DNA of 63,999 nucleotides, filler included, from Globobulimina sp. (Eukaryota), in NCBI GenBank assembly GCA_003354225.1. It is 7 parts of 7 records of this genome, joined end to end, with 100 filler letters (N's around TTAATTAATTAA, not from the genome) between each part and the next. Parts side by side here need not be neighbours in the genome. Positions count along the whole stretch, not along the records: positions 9,498 to 18,884 come from PIVH01000043.1; positions 18,985 to 28,344 come from PIVH01000044.1; 5 more parts are not named here. One strand, given 5' to 3'. The translations under genes were made by a program, and so were the position numbers. Below the pieces are notes generated by a model, which saw nothing but the letters and a program-made list of their open reading frames with translations, had not been told where the DNA came from and did not search any database. The first letter of the stretch is position 1. Each line of letters begins with the position of its first letter. Shown piece by piece: positions 11,861 through 22,839 of the stretch.

Positions 11861-12487
11861 TTAATAGGAGTCGTTATTATTATTATTATCAAAATCATTT
11901 TGTTGTTGCTTTCCAAAAGGACTTTGATAATTTGGATTTGGATTTGAATTTTTTTGTTGATTTATTTGTTGCTGCTCCTTAGTTTTCATAATGATTCTAC
12001 AATTTTTACACCACAATATATTTGCATCACGAATAAATCCAGGATCATTTGCTAATCCTTTTTCGCACTGATTACATTTAAAACATTCCTTATGATATTT
12101 ATTATTATCGGAATCAGCCATATATGAACCCGACAATTTCTGTTTGCAAATAAAGCAATATCTTTCCTGATCTTCCACAGATTTGTAATTTTCTGACACT
12201 ATTTTAGTATTATCACCAAAATGTTTTTTAACACATCCATTATCTAAACATAAAAAAGAACCATTTTTTGTTTCATGATATTTGCCTGTAATTGCTTGTG
12301 AACACATATCACATTTAAAACAATTTGGATGTGCTCTACGATCTTCGTCTAATTTTCTCCACCGTTCCCACGTTGGCGACGTTGAATCCTCAAATTGTTG
12401 GTCACAAATAAAACATATCATATTGTTAAATCCGCTGGCATTAAAACTATGTTGCTGTGGTGGCTGCTTTTGTTCGAACGCTGCCAT
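11861..12487 (-). CDS. Two-LIM-domain protein
   Basis: CFIC..HPNCFKCDMC..CLDNGC and CFIC..YHKECFKCNQC..CKNC patterns. Confidence 0.9.
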   Translation of the reverse strand: MAAFEQKQPPQQHSFNASGFNNMICFICDQQFEDSTSPTWERWRKLDEDRRAHPNCFKCDMCSQAITGKYHETKNGSFLCLDNGCVKKHFGDNTKIVSENYKSVEDQERYCFICKQKLSGSYMADSDNNKYHKECFKCNQCEKGLANDPGFIRDANILWCKNCRIIMKTKEQQQINQQKNSNPNPNYQSPFGKQQQNDFDNNNNNDSY

Positions 12488-12564
12488 GGTTAATATTACT
12501 GTTTTTAGCAATATTTACATAGAAACGAATTGAATTTAGTCTAGACTCTCGAGCTCAAATTGAA

Positions 12565-13671
12565 TCATTGAATTTTTACACAAAACAATCGTTCTTCTTT
12601 GATCGCAAGATCCATACTTTGAAAATGAATGCCTTTCGACCAATCATACACTCGATCAATAATAAATTGTGGCAATAATATGTTAATACCAAATACAATT
12701 TGTTGAAACAACCCCAAAGGAATTAAACATTGATTACACATTTCATTGTAATCATATTTCTTATTTTTTAAATTATCAATAACTCTGTCTTGAATTGATG
12801 ACAATTGTGATTTTAGCATAAGATTTACTTTAATATTTACAGAATGGGGCAATATTGCTTCGAAAATTGTGCTATTATATTTTAATAGAACAGAACCAGG
12901 AACAACAAAATATTGTGATGATATTTTCAACGGTAAAGATTGTGCGGTGATAAACTTTTTCGTCCATAGCAGCAACTTATTAATGGCTTCAGGACTTAGA
13001 TTGGGTGAATCGGGACAATTATTATGTAACCACCTTATCAATCTTGTCCGGTCCAATTGTAAGGTCTCTGCAATGAAATCAATTGACACAATGTGTAATT
13101 CATCCAATTCTCTTAATATTTCCGGTAATGGTTTAACTGAATCAGGTGCATCATAGCCATTACTGTGCGTTCTTAAAACATAGATCCGTTCCGGTTTGGA
13201 TGATAACAATATCCATTCATCGAATTGAACACTAAAATGTTTGATATGAATCAATAATTTAATATCATATTTTTTACTAAGCATATCATCATCATTTTTA
13301 TTTTTATTCTCACAAACTCGAACTTTTTTAATTATTGCTTCAAATATTTCTTTATTGGAATCCTCAAAATCAATATGCATCCCAACAAAAAATGTCTCAA
13401 ATAAAGTTTGTATTTGTTTTGCATCATTTATGTCATGTTGATATCGATCAAAAATATTTGATTTTAAAAAATCATTCCAATTTACATCGTTTTCAAATTC
13501 AAATTGATATTCAATGTATTCTTCCAATTCTTGCTCAATATATATTTGTCTTGGTCCAGCCGCTTTAATTCGTGAAGATTTGCGTCGTTTCTTTGATGGT
13601 TGCTCTTTTGGTTCATATTCCAATGATGGAAGTGATAGTACGAGTTGATCAATTTCTCTTTTTCGTTTCAT
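12565..13671 (-). CDS. Nuclear protein with a chromo-barrel/Tudor-knot-like domain
   Basis: Basic NLS-like stretch KKRRKSSRIK; LLIHIKHFSVQFDEWI....ERI...THS motif. Confidence 0.6.
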   Translation of the reverse strand: MKRKREIDQLVLSLPSLEYEPKEQPSKKRRKSSRIKAAGPRQIYIEQELEEYIEYQFEFENDVNWNDFLKSNIFDRYQHDINDAKQIQTLFETFFVGMHIDFEDSNKEIFEAIIKKVRVCENKNKNDDDMLSKKYDIKLLIHIKHFSVQFDEWILLSSKPERIYVLRTHSNGYDAPDSVKPLPEILRELDELHIVSIDFIAETLQLDRTRLIRWLHNNCPDSPNLSPEAINKLLLWTKKFITAQSLPLKISSQYFVVPGSVLLKYNSTIFEAILPHSVNIKVNLMLKSQLSSIQDRVIDNLKNKKYDYNEMCNQCLIPLGLFQQIVFGINILLPQFIIDRVYDWSKGIHFQSMDLAIKEERLFCVKIQ

Positions 13672-14122
13672 TTTTGTCAACTAAATTTTTTGTTAACTAA
13701 GCTTACTGTAAAACGCGTTAAAAAACTGTTTTAGTATTACGTACTTTAGAATAGCACATATTTGAAACACAATTGTTGTATACATTATCTGAGAAACGCT
13801 TTGCAAATCCAGAAACTGTTTGCTATAGGTTTGTCTTGGGTTTGTTCTGTGTTTGTTCTGTGTTTGTTATAACTTTTGGACGCCAGTAAAGACAGACACA
13901 CACAAAAGAAGTGGTTTAGAAGTGTGAACCTAAAAAGTCAACTATCCACTTTATGAAATTCCAGCATAACTGAACTGTTGCATGTGAATAAACAATAAAA
14001 AAAAACGAGTTAGAATGTTAGATTACTAAATATAATATATCAAAAAGTAAGGAACATACCAAAAAGTAAGGAACATATCAAACACATGTACATATAGTTT
14101 GGATTAAGGAACATTTCATTTT

Positions 14123-15172
14123 TTAATGTTTAAGAATATTTGCATCGTCATCTTGTTCTGAATAAAGACTTTTCATTTTGGCAATTCCACCTAAATATTG
14201 ATTAGACGGTGCTGCAGTGATTGAATATTCATTTATTATGTGTGTATTTGCATTTATGTTTGTATTTGTATTCGATTCGACAGCAATCAAAGTAGACATA
14301 TTATAATTATAATTATATGGTTTTTTATCGCTTAGATCCGAGGCGTCGTTTACAAGCAGAAGCGGAGTGTTTGCAGCTTCATCATCTGTTCTTTTATAAT
14401 GTTGATTTATATACATTTCAAGATTAAAGGCTCGCATTGGGATTAATGTTGGATTGGATTGGTACAATATCTCCATAGCCGGATTGAATTTGAGTTTACA
14501 AACAGATATCTCCTCAACTATGACATCGTAGGCATGGCAATATAAGGGATGAATGCCATCCATATTCTCCTTAAAATTATGGCTCCACCACTCCTCATTT
14601 AATAGTAAAGGTTTGTATGTTGAGGCATTGCCAAAATACAAATCGTTAATCCTCGTCAACTCATTGCTGATGTCATCCCATGTCTTATCATCTTGCAACC
14701 ATAATATTAATCCATTTGAATCTTTTTTATTTAAATATCTTAAAAATTCACTGTTAAAATTAACTTTATGTCGAATGGATTGCAAAGATTGTTTTTCTTC
14801 GACGCTATTTGACGGAAAAAACCATGACCTTTCTGCTTTAAAACAAAATATAGATTCTTCCAAAATATATGGTGGTACAATATCAATGCAAGCATTTAAT
14901 TGGACGATGGAGATAAATACACTCCGTTTGCGTGGCGGAGGAATTTCGTCTGACAGCAAATTTACATCACATAATTCCTTTATGTTTTTCTCTTTTATAT
15001 ATCGTGAATTAAATTCTTTTATTTCCTCATTTTGGTTTTCTTCCGTTGGCGCTGTTATTTTACTTAATTTTATTTGTGATGCAGTTGATTTTAGGCGAAA
15101 ACCAATGTTTTTTGTGGCCTGTTTTTTCGTAAATTTGTAGTCTGCCATTACTGATTCGTGAGTTATCGACAT
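14123..15172 (-). CDS. Hypothetical protein; may extend upstream into the ORF at 15060-15458 via an intron
   Basis: 349-codon ORF with no recognisable motif. Confidence 0.6.
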   Translation of the reverse strand: MSITHESVMADYKFTKKQATKNIGFRLKSTASQIKLSKITAPTEENQNEEIKEFNSRYIKEKNIKELCDVNLLSDEIPPPRKRSVFISIVQLNACIDIVPPYILEESIFCFKAERSWFFPSNSVEEKQSLQSIRHKVNFNSEFLRYLNKKDSNGLILWLQDDKTWDDISNELTRINDLYFGNASTYKPLLLNEEWWSHNFKENMDGIHPLYCHAYDVIVEEISVCKLKFNPAMEILYQSNPTLIPMRAFNLEMYINQHYKRTDDEAANTPLLLVNDASDLSDKKPYNYNYNMSTLIAVESNTNTNINANTHIINEYSITAAPSNQYLGGIAKMKSLYSEQDDDANILKH

Positions 15173-16015
15173 ATTGCTGACAATGTTGGGTTATTTTCAT
15201 GTGGGAAATGGGAATAGATGCAAATATAGAAAATAATACGTACCCAGGATCATATGTATCTGTCAGATGTGGTGCTAATTCTAGTTTTTTGTTGCAATTT
15301 TTTTCTTCTTCTATCTCATCTGAAACTGATGCTGGTTGAGAACTAAATATATTATGTGTATATTCACGATGTTGCAATGTGTGTTGCAAAAAGATATTGT
15401 ACGTACGACAAACAACCCATGATAAAGAGTACACGATGCTACTAAAAAGTAAAAACACGTCAAAAAAAAACAGGGTTGGTTAGTTAGTTAATTATCAACA
15501 AGATCGAAGTGATTTAGCGTCGCTATTCTAGATCTATCATTAATTTGGATTATTGAATAACAAATAGCAATTAAAAACAAATATTAATACTTTGTGAAAT
15601 AATGAAACTTGCCGTTGTTGGTGTTTATGTAGAAATAAAATGGAGCTATTTTTAATGTGGTCAGGGTTTGGTGGATGAACCATGGCAGCATAGCTATGTC
15701 TATATCATTGAACACGCAGTCTTGCTGCCCCAAGATAGACCACATTAAACATACACCTTTGTCACTTTACACAATACAAAATACAAAAACAAAGCACACA
15801 ACAGATTAAATACACCGATAAACAACACACCGAAGGCAATTCTGAATCATTTTACACAGAAAAAAGATAATACAAATAAACATGCATACAAATAAAAGTA
15901 CAGATAATCCAAAATTAAAGACAAAAAAAAGAAAAAAAATAGAGAGGAAAAACACGCAAATACATGATAAAAAAAAAGAATATATGTACACTGTAAACGA
16001 GGTATAAATTTGTAA

Positions 16016-18884
16016 TTAATTATATCTCATCGTATATTGATGGTGGTATTGCTGATTATATTGCATATTATAATGCGTGCTATAATTAGCATTATTATTA
16101 TTATTATTATAAAAACAGTTGACGGCATTTGGCGATGTCGTGACTGTGTTTATTGTATTTACTGGATTAAAATTTGAAGGTAAGAAATTGGCAAAATATT
16201 GTGCATTTTGCTGTAATTGTTGTATATTTGGTACACTGCATTGCTGCATATTTGCATATGATGGGTGTGAGGATTGTTGCATCATACATGGCATAGATTG
16301 CATTGGAAGGGAGGGGATCGAAGAAGCAACGGAGCCAACGGAAGAAGATGCAATTAATTGGGGAGCAGATGCTCGAATATTATTATTTTGCATCAATTGC
16401 TGTAAAGTATGAGTATAATTCGGTTGTGGCTGTGGTTGTGGTTGTGCTCTCATGACCGGTGTACATGGTGCCATTGGGCTTACTTTTGGAGCAATAAAAC
16501 GTATCTTCTTTTTCATTTTTTTGCTTGCTTTCTTTTTCTTTTTCTGATTCTGGTGATTTCGGCCAAAGGTAGCCGGCGTATCATGCTGTCCAATGGTGAG
16601 ATTATTGACAGTCATATCATTATTGACAGTCATATTAATATTTAACCACGAATCAGTGGGTACTTGTTGTACTAAGTTTGCTTTATTTTTCATATCGGTC
16701 AAGTCGAGACAGACACCGGAGGCCTGGGTCCGCCCTCTCTCAGTCCCCGCCATCGCCACTTGATTGTACCAGAAAGATATAGCGACATATTTGCCATGCT
16801 CCGGGATGTAAACAGGTAGCAACTTCTCTAAATGATATTTGTTTTTGCGAAACTTAAAATGAGCGATGGGTGTCAATGGCATGCCCTTCTCCCGATATTC
16901 AAGCAACGATTTGAGCGCTAACTGTTTAAATCTACGCTCAGATATCGCCAATACACCAATACCATTACCATTGCAATTACTTTTATTGCTTTTGTTGCTT
17001 GGATAGGAAGACGATGATGAAGATGAAGAGGATAGTCCTAATTTGCCTAAATTTTGTTTGCTTTGTACAATACGAATATGCGACCAATTGGTGGTACGGA
17101 TCAAGGCTTTGGTGACATTGATTTTATTCTTTAATTCCACAAAATTATTATGTTTGGCTTTGCTCCCTTTGGGTAAATCGATGATAAATATACCATATTT
17201 CTCTACTAATTGTGACGCGGTCATAAATGCTTGGGATATGTGAGTATAATCAATGATTTTCCATTTTTGTTTGGATTTAAATGTATTTTCCACAATCACG
17301 GCATATAATAATTGTCCGTTTCTATGTAATTCGGTATTGATGAGGCAGATGGATTTGTCATTTTTCTTGATATAAATGGTTTGTTTGTCAATGATTTCCA
17401 TCCCGACGGTATAATCCATTTTGTAATACAATTTCTCCGCAGATTCAAAGCTTTCATCGATATATTTGTTTAAGTCTTCGGTACACGATGGCGAATTTTT
17501 GGCGATGAACACATTGCCCATTGCTCGGCAATTGGACGGATTCCAATATGGCTCGAAACATTCATACGCCATTTTATTATTGAACCAATATTGTCCGACT
17601 TGGGCATAGCCAAAATCTTTAAATTCGCGATACGAATTTATAAAATCGGTTCGCTTGCTATCGACGATAATATGTCGACCACTGATTTGAGGCTCAAATA
17701 CCATGGGTAATAGAGATAATATATCTTGTTTGAATACGCGCGATTTATAATTAGCATACGATAAATACACTTTGTTGCAGTCGGGGGAATGCAAATGATG
17801 GCTTAAGCCTAATATGCCTTCGCCAGTGGGGGATAATCCATGTACTCCATTCATGATCGTACCACATTTGCTGTTTAATAAATAGCTTAATTCGACATTA
17901 TCCGATACAAAGCCCGGAGCTATCTCGGTGTCGCTTGATTTATAAATATATACGGTATCACACGAAGTATCGAATTTTTTATCGCGCACTATCAACATTA
18001 TAAACCTCTGTCCATTTGCTTTATTGATACTATTTGCAGCTCTTCGTAGTAAATGATAAATGTCGGCAATAGCGTCCACTGCGCCGTTTTTACGAGAAGC
18101 TCGATCCGATTTTATTTTATCAACACCCGGTAATGAATGTAAATTTAAACTGAATATATTGAATGTTGCGATTATGCGTTGAGAGAAGAGAACATTGAGA
18201 GAACTTATGCGAATTTGCGTAACTGAGTATACATTTGGGGCGCTACGAAGAACACATCCAATTGTACCGGATATGAGGTTTGCTTCGAGAGCACTTTGTT
18301 TATACCGAGGTTGATTTCGATGATATAATTCATAATAATGGTAATATCGTCATTATATTTATGGTGTTGTTGTAGCGGTAGAGATTTGAGATTATGTATT
18401 GGTTTACAAACCACTTTTTCATATTCAATTAGATAATTTGTCATATGTTGATGCGCGATGTTGATGTGTCTGTTGATTGGGGATAAGTCATAATTTATTT
18501 TTAATTGATTAAATAACTCATTTTGTGCAATATATTGGTTGATTGGTAGCCCGCTTTGATGGTATCCCGTCACTAAATACTCACTCAAAGGGATGCCGTT
18601 TTTAACTGATACTTTTTCCAAAGGTTTGAGGAAACGATATTCATTTCCTATATATTTGTCTACAGTGATATAGCTCTGGTCGCGGGTTACAAATGGACTA
18701 CGATTCTTGCTAAAATCTATTAGATTTGTAAAATGGTCAAGTTTGTTATGTAATTTCTTTCGGATTAATGAGGATTGTTGGAATTGCCCCACATTTTGAT
18801 TATGATGATGATGACTATGATGGTGATGGTGATGGTGATGATGGTTACGGTTTGATTGGGGATTTATAATTGATGTTATTTTAT
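16016..18884 (-). CDS. His-rich N-terminus, DUF3825-like domain and Q/N-rich tail; intron 18150-18232; 5' truncated
   Basis: The intron joins the ORFs at 18205-18792 and 16016-18079 in frame. LINTEL..LLYAVIVEN, LEKLLPVYI and LDLTDMKNKANLVQQVPTDSWL resemble DUF3825 motifs. Confidence 0.7.
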
Positions 18885-18984
18885 NNNNNNNNNNNNNNNN
18901 NNNNNNNNNNNNNNNNNNNNNNNNNNNNTTAATTAATTAANNNNNNNNNNNNNNNNNNNNNNNNNNNNNNNNNNNNNNNNNNNN
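18885..18984. other. Artificial contig spacer
   Basis: N44-TTAATTAATTAA-N44. Confidence 0.98.
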
Positions 18985-19536
18985 CAAAATTATCCATTAA
19001 TATTACTGAAATCCTGTGCTAAATCATTTGATTTTTCAGCGCGAACAATTTTATAATGCAAATATAGTAAGTAATAAATATTTTATGACTTGGAATGAAT
19101 GAATAGGTTCCTGATCACATGAAGTAATACTATCGGGTGATGCATATGCTTGAATTGAGGTTATCAAATAACAGAATATTGCAATAAGAAATGCACTTTT
19201 TGAGATGTTGCTGCTGTTTTTGCTGCATAAATGCATCCAATCCCACAATAGCATTGTTTTGTTTTCATTCTTATTCTCTGATATTGGACTACACGCATTT
19301 ACTGACTCTTCATAACGTTCATTTTGGTTCATTGCAGACCAGTCTTTTTGCTGATTTCTTTTGTGATGGTATAACGTGCAAAATGATGTGGTGTTTAAAA
19401 TGATGTGGACAAAATCAGTGACATTCAGTGCGCAGGAGACTGACAAGCAAAAAAAAACAAAATTATCCATTAATATTACTGAAATCCTGTGCTAAATCAT
19501 TTGATTTTTCAGCGCGAACAATTTTATAATGCAAAT
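18985..19536. repeat. 79-bp exact direct repeat (18985-19063 and 19458-19536)
   Basis: CAAAATTATCCATT...ATAATGCAAAT occurs twice and duplicates the 3' end of the RelA/SpoT-like gene. Confidence 0.92.
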
Positions 19537-20944
19537 GCATTTTTTTTCTTACCTTCAAAAAAGGCAGTAACATGAGTTGAATCTCCACAATCATATTCTC
19601 ATAAATTGCATTAATCATTAAAACTCTATATCCAAATTCAGCTTTGGAATGTTGATCAAATCCATTTTTAACTCTTAATATTTTCCCACCAAAATATTGC
19701 GGTTGACTTATCAAATTAAATAAGCTGATCAATTCAGCAGAATTTTCACAAACCAATGCACAACGAACCCAATCTTGAACCATAAAATAAGCGCTGGGAA
19801 ACTCATGCTTTTCTGAATAATCTCTAAATACTTTACTCCAAACTCTTGATTTTGTTTTAATTGGTCCTCCTCTGTAACCAATATCATGATCATAGTCTGT
19901 TTTTAAATCCATTCCAATTCTATTTTCTTCAAAACATTGTTGCATCAATGCTTGGAATGCATCATTAATTTTCGATGATATTCTCCAAAAAAGCTCCCTT
20001 AAAACAATAGATGGCTCCAATATCGCTTCAGCATTCCTTATATCATCCAGCCATCCATTTACATCATGTTTAGCAAAGCCTAACTCTCCAAATTGTTTTA
20101 TAATTAATGGTTCCAATTCTTTATCAATAAAAAAGCCTGATCCATACCATGCAAATACATCATCTGATATTCCAATCACATGTTTACGAATAAAGTCTGG
20201 AGATAATTCAAAGTTACCTGCACAAATGCAATATGTTAATGGAATATTTTTACACACAAAAACATTTCAAAAATTACATTGTTTATATATACCTTTATTA
20301 AATTTCATATTATCATCGCATACAATATCTAATATCGGATCATTGTTACTTTCTAAATTGGAATATTCAGTGAGTAACGGTTGCGATAATTGTATCAATT
20401 GATTTTGTGATAAGTTCTTTAATTCATTGAAATATTTACTGTCTCCTTTGAAATTCCACGATAATATTGATTTTAAATATAATTTTATATCCTTAGACGC
20501 AGACATTGATGAAATAGATAGCGATTTCAATAAATCAGCGCTGTCATTGAATATATGTTTGCAATATTGCTTATATTTTTCTTTATTTGATCGAAAGGTT
20601 ATTTCCGATAATAAATAAATATATGATGCATTTAATCGTACTTTTTTGTCCTTAAATTGTGTATCTAAATGTGTTTCAATCAACGTAGTTATTTTATTTG
20701 CCGCTTCAGACTCTGAATCGGATGAAATTGACTTTCCAATTGTTACTCCAAGATTCCATAGTATTCCACCATTTATATACTCAGGAAATGTCATAGGGGA
20801 ATTGCATATTTCAGTTATCAATGTATCAATTAATGAGGATGTTTGATTATCTATGCCTGGCGATACCTTATTACTATCTTCATCAGAGAGATGAGTGTGG
20901 TTTGCTATATCACCCAGCGCATTGTTTGACACACAACATCCCAT
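19463..20944 (-). CDS. Predicted N-myristoylated RelA/SpoT-like nucleotidyltransferase domain protein (~468 aa); intron 20218-20292
   Basis: MGCCVS start and an in-frame GT..AG intron. Motifs GPIKTKSR..SK, QDWVRC, RVKNGF, GYRVLMIN and IVEIQL. Confidence 0.8.
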
Positions 20945-21031
20945 TATAAAAAAAAAAGGTTTTTTTGTGGTTTAATACAGTAGAAACATATCACTAGTAC
21001 AAATTTATTGAAAAGTTACAAGATCTAAGGT

Positions 21032-22039
21032 CTATGATTGCATGCAGTTATTTTCAATAATACCATATTCCTTAAATTTGCCGCGCTGCACTACATAATT
21101 ATTTTGTTTTAATGCCACAATTTCTAGCTCAATACGTATATACATATCAGTTAATAATTGAATATCTTCTGTTTGTATATTGGTTCTATGATCTGGCCAT
21201 AACTTAACTAAATTTTGATGTCTTGACACTGTTTCCCGTCCATTCCATGTTATATTATCCATACTTGTATTAATATTTATTTGCACCGTAATATGCGTCA
21301 AGGCATGATGCATTTTTAATAATTTCAAGCCCAAAACAAAACATCCTTTGCTGGAATCGCCTGAACCATTCGGTGATAAAATAATACAAAAACAATCATT
21401 GTTAAACGAATCCGCATAAAAACCGCGTCCATTTTCGGCTGTTTTAAATGTATTTAATAATGTTTCATCAATCTCCCATTTATATTCACTACGTGCATTC
21501 ATTATAATTGGTTTATAATAATTTGCTGTATTATAATATGTTTTATATTCAATCGCTAATATTTCTAAATAACAGCAAAGGTTCAGATCAATAAATTGTT
21601 CTAAATTGGTTGTGCTGACAGTTTTTGTTGGCCATCCTTTGCTGCGTCCAACTTTTTGTTTAATATCAAATGATCTAAATTCATATTTTAACTGTGTACA
21701 AAATAGCTGCAAGAAGTAGGTTATAGATCTAATATTTGATGGAATTGATACTAAATATAGATCAAGTTCAATTTGTTGATTATAACGAGTTTTATATAAT
21801 TTACATTGGAATTCAATCTCATTGATAACAAATGATGGCCCTTGTAGTGGCTGCTTGTGTTCTTTTCTTGCAAGAAATGATTGTAACTTTTCATTGTTAA
21901 AGTACCATTCATGCACATCATCATAGAATAAAGAACATAAATCAATGATATCAGTTGGTGAATTCTTTGTGATTTGCTTAATATATGCAGACACTAGATG
22001 TTTTCGATCAGATCTCGTAAGGATGCCTACAGCTGCCAT
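21032..22039 (-). CDS. Tandem MATH/TRAF-like beta-sandwich protein with a short N-terminal helical motif
   Basis: Two repeats of (E/K)W.I/F...L..F..A.......F......F...L. followed by L.L...P/H, and the N-terminal LVSAYIKQ...PTDIIDLCSLFY. Confidence 0.6.
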   Translation of the reverse strand: MAAVGILTRSDRKHLVSAYIKQITKNSPTDIIDLCSLFYDDVHEWYFNNEKLQSFLARKEHKQPLQGPSFVINEIEFQCKLYKTRYNQQIELDLYLVSIPSNIRSITYFLQLFCTQLKYEFRSFDIKQKVGRSKGWPTKTVSTTNLEQFIDLNLCCYLEILAIEYKTYYNTANYYKPIIMNARSEYKWEIDETLLNTFKTAENGRGFYADSFNNDCFCIILSPNGSGDSSKGCFVLGLKLLKMHHALTHITVQININTSMDNITWNGRETVSRHQNLVKLWPDHRTNIQTEDIQLLTDMYIRIELEIVALKQNNYVVQRGKFKEYGIIENNCMQS

Positions 22040-22839
22040 TGTGTTGCTAATGTTTTCATGCGAGTTACGTTTTAAATGAAATAAAAAAATCGTATCTTGA
22101 TTTGGATATGTTGCCATTGCGTGGTAGCGCAAGTGTTTGGGATAATTCATAGGTTATATTGGTCCGCTGCTATCTATTTGATACTGATATAGATTTATGA
22201 AAGTACACTTCCCATAAAACTAAGCAATGTATCGCTATTTTCATTTGCTTTTTTTTATATTGCTATTGTTTTTCTATGTGTTAAACGCAGTTAATTACTT
22301 GGATTAAATAATAATATTGTTATAATTTGTCCCACGACCTACAAATGAATCAACAACCCACTGCAGTCACAACTATTGAGCTAATTTTAATTTTCATAGA
22401 CTTACTTTCTCTGTAGATTGGTTAGGAAGTACTACAGATCAGAATTTCAGATATTAGAAAGTACACTGTACTTACGTCGTCTAAATATAAATACGAGCGT
22501 AGAGTAAGCTTGTAGCCTTGTACGCACCCCAGCATTTAGTGCCATTTACATGCAGGGCAAGGTGTACGCGTCTCCACGCCCGAATTATATTGACATTCCT
22601 AATACTAAACTTTCTGAATCAATGTATCGATTCTAAAACCACATCATTTCTAACCAATCTACAGGGAAAGTACTGCAAGCAGGTCAATAGTTGTGACTGC
22701 AGTACATAGCATCTAAAAAGTCTAAAAAGTCTAAAGAGTAATCCCTCCAAACCAAAGTATAGTGAAAGTAAGTTTAAATAAATCTTTTCAGTAAAATAAC
22801 AGTCAAGAAATCGACACATTTTAGAAGTCTCGTTTAGCA

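Noticed and set aside
14041-14078. 19-bp tandem duplication (similar small ones at ~22712-22738 and ~57398-57420)
   Set aside because: Ordinary slippage-type repeats with no further structure.
14553-15140. 195-aa antisense ORF and the many other short overlapping ORFs
   Set aside because: They are shadows of longer genes on the other strand or frame and have no motifs.
19051-19470. 139-aa ORF between the 79-bp repeats
   Set aside because: No recognisable motif, and it abuts a probable assembly artefact.
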